Assembly: GCA_037138135.1 (NCBI GenBank)
Contig: JBAXIY010000001.1
Span: 1 to 53,779, forward strand
Direction: 5' to 3'
Source: Verrucomicrobiia bacterium
GTDB taxonomy: Bacteria; Verrucomicrobiota; Verrucomicrobiia; Limisphaerales; UBA11358
Length of the DNA: 53,779 nt
Below are positions 42,949-50,004 of this stretch, piece by piece (the stretch's first letter is position 1; every line of letters begins with the position of its first letter). Under the pieces are notes generated by a model. It was given only the letters and a program-made list of their open reading frames with translations, was not told where the DNA came from and searched no databases. The translations under genes and the position numbers were made by a program.

Positions 42949-44385
42949 ATGAAAATCACCGCCGCCCTGCTCCTCGCCGCCGCGCTTTCCGCCACCGCCG
43001 AACCCGCGCTCACCATCTACAACCAGAACTTCGCCGTCGTGCGCGATACCGTGCCGCTGGACCTCAAGTCCGGCGCGAACGCCGTCGTTTACTCCGGTGC
43101 CACCGCGCAGGTCGAGCCGGACTCCGTCATCCTGCGCGATCCGGCGGGCAAACATTCGCTGCAAATCCTCGAACAAAATTATCGCAACGACCCCGTCTCG
43201 CAGGAATTGCTCCTCTCGCTATTCGAAGGCAAGACGATTGATTTTGAAAAAGTGCGGATGAAGGACAGCACGCAAGTCAGCGAACTCATTCCCGGAAAAA
43301 TTGTCCGCAGCGGTTTCGTTCCCGGCGGTGCGTTCACGCAGCCCATCATCGAGGTGAATGGCAAATTACAATTCACCTTGCCCGGCCAGCCGTTGTTTCC
43401 CGATCTCGGCAGCGACACGATTCTCAAACCCGCCTTCGACTGGCTGTTGCAATCGGACAAGCCCGGCAGCTTCGACGCCGAGGTCGGCTACGTCACCGCC
43501 GGCTTCGATTGGAGCGCGAGTTACAATCTCGTTTCGCCGGAGAAAGGCGACCAGTGCGACCTCGTCGGCTGGATCACGATGAACAACAACAGCGGCAAGA
43601 CGTTTGAGAATGCGAAAATCAAACTCATGGCGGGTGACGTAAATAAAATCCAGCCGCCGCATTTGACAATGCTCGGCGGAATGAGAGCAAAAGCCATGTC
43701 CATGGCCATGGACGAAGCCGCCCCCGCCGTCACCGAAAAAGCCTTCGACGAATTCCATCTCTATTCCATCGCGCGCGCGACCACGCTGCACGACCACGAG
43801 ACGAAGCAAGTTGAATTTGTTCACGCGGAAAAAATGTCGGCACCAACCCTCTACGTCTATGACGGCGCGGAAGGTTATCAGTTTTATGGCCTGAACTACG
43901 ATCGCGGCTACGGCCAGAGCGACAACAAGAAGATCATCGTCCAGCGCGAGTTCAAGAACGCCGAGACCAACCAGCTTGGTATCGCCCTGCCCGCTGGCAA
44001 GCTGCGCTTCTATCGCCGCGATGCCGACGGCCAGTTACAATTCGTCGGCGAGAACACCATTGACCATACGCCGCGCAACGAAACCGTCCGCATCACCACC
44101 GGCAACGCCTTCGACCTCGTGGGCGAACGCAAGCAGACGGATTTCAAAGTGGATCGCGGCGATAAGTGGATGGATGAAACCTTCGAGATCAAGCTGCGCA
44201 ACCGCAAGAAAACCGACGCCGTGGAAATCCGCGTGGTGGAACATCTCTACCGCTGGAGCAATTGGAGCCTCACCGCCAAGTCCGACGACTTCGTGAAGAA
44301 AGATGCGCAGACCATCGAGTTCCGCATCCCCGTCAAGCCCGACGAAGAAAAGACCGTGACCTACACCGTGCATTATTCGTGGTGA
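42949..44385 (+). CDS. secreted DUF4139-like protein (mucoidy-inhibitor MuiA-like family)
   Basis: ATG 42949 gives signal peptide MKITAALLLAAALSATA. LTIYNQNFAVVRDTVPL...VEPDSVILRD and the ~480-aa length fit the DUF4140/DUF4139 pattern as I recall it. Confidence 0.65.
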   Translation: MKITAALLLAAALSATAEPALTIYNQNFAVVRDTVPLDLKSGANAVVYSGATAQVEPDSVILRDPAGKHSLQILEQNYRNDPVSQELLLSLFEGKTIDFEKVRMKDSTQVSELIPGKIVRSGFVPGGAFTQPIIEVNGKLQFTLPGQPLFPDLGSDTILKPAFDWLLQSDKPGSFDAEVGYVTAGFDWSASYNLVSPEKGDQCDLVGWITMNNNSGKTFENAKIKLMAGDVNKIQPPHLTMLGGMRAKAMSMAMDEAAPAVTEKAFDEFHLYSIARATTLHDHETKQVEFVHAEKMSAPTLYVYDGAEGYQFYGLNYDRGYGQSDNKKIIVQREFKNAETNQLGIALPAGKLRFYRRDADGQLQFVGENTIDHTPRNETVRITTGNAFDLVGERKQTDFKVDRGDKWMDETFEIKLRNRKKTDAVEIRVVEHLYRWSNWSLTAKSDDFVKKDAQTIEFRIPVKPDEEKTVTYTVHYSW

Positions 44386-44403
44386 CTGAAGGCTGGCAAG
44401 ACT

Positions 44404-44486
44404 TTAACCGCGAAATACGCCAACCACGCGAAAGGGGAAAACCCCATCTTGCCCCGGTTCGCGTATTTCGCGTGGTTCGCGGTTAA
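44404..44486. repeat. periodic-arm inverted repeat (9-nt CGCGAAnnA units) between convergent genes
   Basis: TTAAC CGCGAAATA CGCCAACCA CGCGAAA (44404-44433) faces TTCGCG TATTTCGCG TGGTTCGCG GTTAA (44458-44486). The outer 11 bp are perfect. A central GGGGAAAACCCC mini-hairpin lies between them. No flanking T-tract. Confidence 0.7.
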
Positions 44487-44519
44487 TCATCTTCTCCGGT
44501 TGGCAAAAGTAATTTCCCG

Positions 44520-47500
44520 TCAGCTTCCTGCCAGCGCGGGCACGAGATGCGGCTGATCGTCCGCCTTGTGGAACTTCACGCTGACAATCTTGCTCACGCC
44601 GTGTTCCTGCATCGTCACGCCGTAGAGAATATCTGCCATGCCGATAGTGCGTTTGTTGTGCGTGATGATGATGAACTGTGAGTGCGCGATGAACCGTTGC
44701 AAAATTTTCACGAAGCGGATGACGTTGGATTCATCCAGCGGCGCGTCCAATTCGTCCAGCACGCAGAACGGACTGGGCTTGACCTGATAAATGGAGAACA
44801 ACAGCGAGACAGCGACCATCGTCTGTTCGCCGCCGGACAAGAGCGAAATACTTTGAAGCTGCTTGCCGGGCGGGCGCGCGACAATTTCGATTCCGGATTC
44901 CAACACGTCGTTTTCGTCGGACAAAATCAAGTCCGCTTTGCCGCCGCCGAACACGTCCACAAACATCGCGCGGAAGTTGTCGCGGATCTTCTCGAAGGTG
45001 TCGATGAACATCTGGCGCGTCTGTGTGTTGATGCGGTTGATGACTTCGAGCAACTGCGTTTTGGCGTTCACCAGATCATCATGCTGCGTGGTGAGAAATT
45101 GGTGGCGCTGCTCGGTCTCTTCGTATTCCTCGATGGCGACGAGATTGACGGGACCCATCTCATCAATCTTCTGTTGCAGCGCGGCGACCTGTTCGTTCAC
45201 CGCGTTCCAATCCGTGCCCACGCCCGCTTCAGCCATCTGCTCGGGTGTAAGCGTCTCAACCTGCGCCGGCCCTTCGTCGGCATGCGTGATGGTGATGCAT
45301 TCGCTGCGGATGTCGTCGAGATTCAGATGATATTTTTGCTGCACCTTCTCGCGCAGGTTTTGGACGCTCATGTTCTTTTGCGCCAATTCCACTTCCACCG
45401 CACCGCGCTGATTTTGAATTTCCGTCAACCGGCTGCGCTGGCCGCGCAAACTTTCTTCGCGCGTGGCGATCTCGCCATCCTGCGCATTTTTGCGCCCGAC
45501 CAATTCAGCGGTCTGCTCGCTGACCTGCGCGCGCTCATGTTGCAACCGTTCAATCTGGCTGCGTGAATCCTGAATCTCCGTCTGCGCCTGCTCCTGCCGC
45601 GCAATGAACGAGGAACACTCATTCTTGCGCAATTCGACAATCTGGGACAACTCGCGGATGCGCTGTTCAAGCGAAGTCAGTTGCAGTTTGAAGGACGAAG
45701 CCAGTTGTTCATCCGAGGCAAGCGCCACTTTGCTCTCGGTCAACGCCGTGTTTGCGGCGTCGCGCTGCTGCCGGAGATTTTCTAATTCCGCCGTGAGCGC
45801 GGCGAGCTGCTCCTGCGCGGATTTTTCGCGCGTTTCGAGTTCATTCAAGTTCGCGGTAAGCGCCTCGCGCTTCTGCAAACCTTCGGCTTCCTGCGCCGCG
45901 AGACTTTGCACTTCGAACACAACGGTCTCAATCTTCTGGTGCAGCAAACGATTTGAATTCTGCAACGCCTTGAACTCGCCTTCGCGCGTGGCGATCGCCA
46001 CTTCCTGCACGCGCAATTCCGTTTGCGCCTGCTGCAAGCTCGCCTGCAACTCCGTCTGCTCGCTCAACAGTTCACCGCGTTTCCGGCTGGCATCCTCGAC
46101 GAGCTTTTGCAGTTCGTTCAACTCCGCCTGTAGTTCCGCAATCTGATTTTTGCGGCCAAGGATCGACGACGGCGCTTTGCCATTGCTGCCCTTGCTCAAA
46201 TAACCGCCGGTGTAAATGCCGTGGCGGTTCAGCAATTCGCCACCCATCGTCACAAAATCGCAGCCCGCATGGCCGTTCTGGATTTGCGCCGTCGCGGTGT
46301 CGAGGTCGGCTGCGATGAAGGTGCGACCCAAAAGCGATTTCAACAGCGGCTCCACCTGCGGCTCGGCGTGAATCACGCTCATCGCATGGACAATTTTCCC
46401 GGGCGGCAAACAGACTTGCGAATCGGTCTTTTCAGCGGGCGCCATTTCGCCGGCGAAGGCGAGTTGCTTTTCGTCTTGATACTGTTGGATGGCCAAAGCC
46501 GCGATGCTCGCGCGACCGGACTTGTTGGTATTGAGTTCCGCGAGAATCTCCTGTGCAGAGGACGTTTGCTCGGTCAAAACAAGTTGCAAGTTATGGCCGA
46601 GGGCATTTTCTACGGCGGTGACAAACTGATCTGGCACGCGAATGCGATCCGCCAGCGAGCCGATGACCGAACGTGATTGGCGCAATGCCGCCACCGCGCC
46701 GGCGTCAAAGCCCTCGTGCGAGCCTTCCAATTGCTCCAGCACCGTCAGGCGCGAACGTTTGTCGGATTGTTGATGCAGGAATTTGTCCTGCTCGGTCGAG
46801 GCATTTTGAAGTTCGGTTTGTAATTCGCGCAAACGATTCTGACGTTGCTCGACGGAACCGCGCGTCGTGGCGACATTCAGCTTTTCCACTTCGACACTGG
46901 CGGTGAATTCCTGCAAACGCACATCCAAGCCGGTGCGCTCCACCTCCAACTGGATTTTTTCCGCTGATAATTTTTCGAGGCGCACCAAGTTGCCTTGCTT
47001 CTGTAAATCCAGCGCGGTGATTTCATTGCGGAGGCGCGACAAATCCTGCGCGGCCGCAAACGCGCTGGCTTGCGCCTGACGAAAACGCTCCTGATTTTCG
47101 CGCTGGCTGTTTTCGATTTGCTGCAAACCCTCGCGCTTGGCCTGCAAACTCTCACGATGCTGCTCCAGCGCCGCCTCAGCAACCGCCAGACGTTCCTGCA
47201 CAGACAACAATTCACTCGAGGCCGCGTGACAGCGTTCCTCCGCCTGCGCGATCTCCGCGAGGGCCTTGGCGTTTTGGGCTTCAATTTCCGCCAGCCGTTC
47301 CTCGTTGAACTGGATGCGGCTTTCGTGGCGGTCAATGTTCGCCTTCAATTCGAGACCGCGCTGCTGTTGTGTCGCGACCTGATGTTCCAGATCGGACAGC
47401 AGTTCGCGCAATTGGGAAATTTCATTTTCAAAACGCAGCACGTCATTGGCGCCGGTTTCAATTTCGTTCCGCAATTTTTCCACCGTTGTTTCGCGTTCGG

Positions 47501-48242
47501 AAATTTCGCCTTGCAAGACGTCGAACTGATGGCGCGCCAACTGCGTTTCCAAATGTTGAAGCTCTTGCGAAATCTGTTTATAGCGCCGCGCCTTGCCCGC
47601 CTGCCGTTGGAGTGAACCAATCTGGCGTTTCACTTCCTTGATCGTGTCGGCGATGCGCAACAGATTTTGCTCGGTGTATTCCAGCTTGCGCAGCGATTCT
47701 TTTTTCTGTGATTTGAATTTCGTGATGCCCGCCGCTTCCTCAAAAATCATCCGGCGGTCTTCCGGCTTGCTGGAGAGGATCTGCGTGATGTGACCTTGAG
47801 CCAAAATGCTGTAGCTCGTGCGACCAACACCCGTGCCCATGAACAGTTGCTGGATGTCCTTCAACCGGCACGGTGTGCGGTTCAAAAAATATTCGCTGCC
47901 GCCGTCGCGAAAAATCCGGCGGGTCAAAGTAACTTCATCGTAAGAAACTTCCACGCCCGCCGCCTTCAGGCTTTCTTCACCGACACCGCCGAGCGTGAGC
48001 GAAACTTCACCCATGCCCATCGGTTTGCGGCCGTCCGTGCCGTTGAAAATAACATCCGCCATTTCGCCGCCGCGCAGGGCTTTGGCCGACTGCTCACCAA
48101 GCACCCAACGGATGGCGTCCGAGACGTTGGACTTCCCGCAGCCGTTTGGTCCGACGATGGCCGTCACCCCGGGCTGAAAATTCAGTGCGGTCTTATCCGC
48201 GAAGGACTTGAAACCAAAAACTGTGAGATTTTTGAGATACAT
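44520..48242 (-). CDS. smc: chromosome segregation protein SMC
   Basis: ATG 48242 gives MYLKNLTVFGFKSFADKT...GPNGCGKSN (Walker A). Long coiled coils and a hinge. C-terminal LSGGEQTMVAVSLLF and FCVLDELDAPLD. Confidence 0.95.
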   Translation of the reverse strand: MYLKNLTVFGFKSFADKTALNFQPGVTAIVGPNGCGKSNVSDAIRWVLGEQSAKALRGGEMADVIFNGTDGRKPMGMGEVSLTLGGVGEESLKAAGVEVSYDEVTLTRRIFRDGGSEYFLNRTPCRLKDIQQLFMGTGVGRTSYSILAQGHITQILSSKPEDRRMIFEEAAGITKFKSQKKESLRKLEYTEQNLLRIADTIKEVKRQIGSLQRQAGKARRYKQISQELQHLETQLARHQFDVLQGEISERETTVEKLRNEIETGANDVLRFENEISQLRELLSDLEHQVATQQQRGLELKANIDRHESRIQFNEERLAEIEAQNAKALAEIAQAEERCHAASSELLSVQERLAVAEAALEQHRESLQAKREGLQQIENSQRENQERFRQAQASAFAAAQDLSRLRNEITALDLQKQGNLVRLEKLSAEKIQLEVERTGLDVRLQEFTASVEVEKLNVATTRGSVEQRQNRLRELQTELQNASTEQDKFLHQQSDKRSRLTVLEQLEGSHEGFDAGAVAALRQSRSVIGSLADRIRVPDQFVTAVENALGHNLQLVLTEQTSSAQEILAELNTNKSGRASIAALAIQQYQDEKQLAFAGEMAPAEKTDSQVCLPPGKIVHAMSVIHAEPQVEPLLKSLLGRTFIAADLDTATAQIQNGHAGCDFVTMGGELLNRHGIYTGGYLSKGSNGKAPSSILGRKNQIAELQAELNELQKLVEDASRKRGELLSEQTELQASLQQAQTELRVQEVAIATREGEFKALQNSNRLLHQKIETVVFEVQSLAAQEAEGLQKREALTANLNELETREKSAQEQLAALTAELENLRQQRDAANTALTESKVALASDEQLASSFKLQLTSLEQRIRELSQIVELRKNECSSFIARQEQAQTEIQDSRSQIERLQHERAQVSEQTAELVGRKNAQDGEIATREESLRGQRSRLTEIQNQRGAVEVELAQKNMSVQNLREKVQQKYHLNLDDIRSECITITHADEGPAQVETLTPEQMAEAGVGTDWNAVNEQVAALQQKIDEMGPVNLVAIEEYEETEQRHQFLTTQHDDLVNAKTQLLEVINRINTQTRQMFIDTFEKIRDNFRAMFVDVFGGGKADLILSDENDVLESGIEIVARPPGKQLQSISLLSGGEQTMVAVSLLFSIYQVKPSPFCVLDELDAPLDESNVIRFVKILQRFIAHSQFIIITHNKRTIGMADILYGVTMQEHGVSKIVSVKFHKADDQPHLVPALAGS

Positions 48243-48428
48243 ATTCTTGTTGGGACTAGCCAACCAAAGCTAGTGGTTGGTGTAAAGCGAAAACCACAAG
48301 ATGTTGTGCACAACCAGCCTTGTAGCGCTACTAATTGTGAATAACTATCGTTTGACTCGGCGGGAATTTACGAAATATGACCAGCTTTTAACCTATTCCT
48401 CCTCGGAAAGCTGAAGTTTTAAGGCAGT

Positions 48429-49184
48429 TTACTTAACCGTATTGATGAGCGAGGCGAGACCTTGGATGCGCACTTCCAATTTGTCGCCAGACTGAATCGG
48501 CCCGACGCCGCTCGGTGTGCCGGTGAGGATGACGTCGCCGGGCAGCAGCGTCAGATTGGTGGAAACAAAACTGACAATTTCCGCTGGCTTGAAAATCAGT
48601 TCGCGCGTGTTTGAATTCTGCCGAAGCTGGCCGTTTTGAAATTGTTGGATGCTTAATTCATTCGGATCAATCATCGTCTCCACATACGGACCCAGCGGCG
48701 TAAAGGTGTCGAACGATTTGCAACGCGCCCATTGCGATTCGGCTTTTTGAATGGTGCGGTCACTGATGTCCTGCGCGGCGGTGTAACCAAAAATGTAGCG
48801 GGTGGCGGTGGTCGGCGTGACGTTGCGGATTTTTCGCCCGATAACGATGGCCAGTTCCGCTTCGAAATCAGTGCGATGATCGCGAAAAGGAATTTCAATC
48901 TTGCCGCCGTCCGGTAGCAGCGACGTCGTGGCCTTGAACCAAAACAGCGGTTCCTTCGGCAACTCGCGTTTCATCTCGCGGACGTGGTCGGCGTAGTTCA
49001 AACCGATGGCGATGACTTTGCTGGGGACGACCGGCACGAGCGTCTTTACACCTTTGCGCGGCGTCGGCTGGCGTTCAAATGTCGGCGCGCCAAAAATGTC
49101 GCTGTGGGCGCGAAAAATTTCTCCGTCCACGACCTTGGCGTGGAAGATTTCGTTGCCTTTGGAAAATCTGCCGATGGCAGCCAT
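48429..49184 (-). CDS. fumarylacetoacetate hydrolase (FAH) family protein
   Basis: 251 aa. KVIAIGLNYADH, DFEAELAIVIGRK and PGDVILTGTPSGVGP are FAH-family motifs. Confidence 0.9.
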   Translation of the reverse strand: MAAIGRFSKGNEIFHAKVVDGEIFRAHSDIFGAPTFERQPTPRKGVKTLVPVVPSKVIAIGLNYADHVREMKRELPKEPLFWFKATTSLLPDGGKIEIPFRDHRTDFEAELAIVIGRKIRNVTPTTATRYIFGYTAAQDISDRTIQKAESQWARCKSFDTFTPLGPYVETMIDPNELSIQQFQNGQLRQNSNTRELIFKPAEIVSFVSTNLTLLPGDVILTGTPSGVGPIQSGDKLEVRIQGLASLINTVK

Positions 49185-49193
49185 GACAAATTT

Positions 49194-49282
49194 AGGATTT
49201 TGATTTACGATTGACGATTTTCAAAACGCCAACCACAACGAAGTTTGCCGTTTCATTTACAATTCGCAATTCGTAATTCGCA
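49194..49282. repeat. two blocks of tandem heptads (GATTNAC / AATTCGY)
   Basis: GATTTAC GATTGAC GATTTTC (49202-49222, with AGGATTTT lead-in from 49194) and CATTTAC AATTCGC AATTCGT AATTCGC A (49254-49282). The blocks are directly related rather than complementary. Confidence 0.5.
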
Positions 49283-49324
49283 CACGATGGTTGCCGTTCG
49301 CCGTATTTAAGCTACATTATCGCC

Positions 49325-49456
49325 ATGAACTGGCTGACGAAGCAGGAACAATTCATCATTTGCATCGTCATCGGGCTGCTCGTGACCGGGTTGTTCGTGA
49401 AGTATTATCGCACCGCCCATCCAGACACGACGAGCCGCCAGCCAGTGAAACTTTAA
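49325..49456 (+). CDS. possible 43-aa single-pass membrane peptide
   Basis: ATG 49325 ... TAA 49456 encodes MNWLTKQEQFIICIVIGLLVTGLFVKYYRTAHPDTTSRQPVKL. Too short for the ORF track. Ends 3 nt before the next ATG. Confidence 0.35.
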   Translation: MNWLTKQEQFIICIVIGLLVTGLFVKYYRTAHPDTTSRQPVKL

Positions 49457-49459
49457 CCT

Positions 49460-49879
49460 ATGCAAGAAGTCAATTTTGACGAAGCCGTTGAGCAAATCCT
49501 CGCGCGCGATCCGCGTTTTCATCGCGACGCCTATTTGTTCATGCGCGAGGCACTTGATTTCACCCAGAAACTGGTCGGGCGGGAAAATCAAGGCAAAGTT
49601 CGCCACGTCACCGGCCAGGAATTGCTCGATGGTCTACGTCAATATGCGTTGCAACAGTTCGGCCCGATGACCGCGACCGTCTTCGAGGAATGGGGCATTT
49701 TTAATTGCAAGGACTTCGGCGAAATTGTCTTCAACATGGTTGAGATCAGCCTGCTGGCGCGCACCGAAAAAGATTCGCGCGATGATTTTCAGAACGGTTA
49801 CGATTTTACCGAGGCCTTTCAGAAACCTTTTTGGCCGGAAAGAAAATCAAGCGCCCAAGCAAAACCGGTTGGGAAATAG
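49460..49879 (+). CDS. conserved hypothetical protein (resembles the small Verrucomicrobia/Planctomycetes-restricted family I recall as TIGR04138 / Minf_1886-like)
   Basis: 139 aa. RDPRFHRDAYLFMREALDFTQK...HVTGQELLDGLRQYALQQFGPM...FEEWGI..CKDFGEIVFNMVE. The family name is from memory only. Confidence 0.65.
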   Translation: MQEVNFDEAVEQILARDPRFHRDAYLFMREALDFTQKLVGRENQGKVRHVTGQELLDGLRQYALQQFGPMTATVFEEWGIFNCKDFGEIVFNMVEISLLARTEKDSRDDFQNGYDFTEAFQKPFWPERKSSAQAKPVGK

Positions 49880-50004
49880 GATCATTCCTGATTTCTGTTT
49901 TTTAATTCCAAGTCCGCCGGGCATGCTTGCGGTCTTGGGGCTCTGCCAATTTGAATTGCCCCGAACGCATTTCTGAATACCCTTCCCGTTCGACTTTATC
50001 TGTA

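Noticed and set aside
44682-47615. Multiple 150-300-aa plus-strand ORFs inside smc
   Set aside because: They are antisense frames of the long coiled-coil-coding smc gene. Low-complexity products are expected from the complementary codon periodicity.
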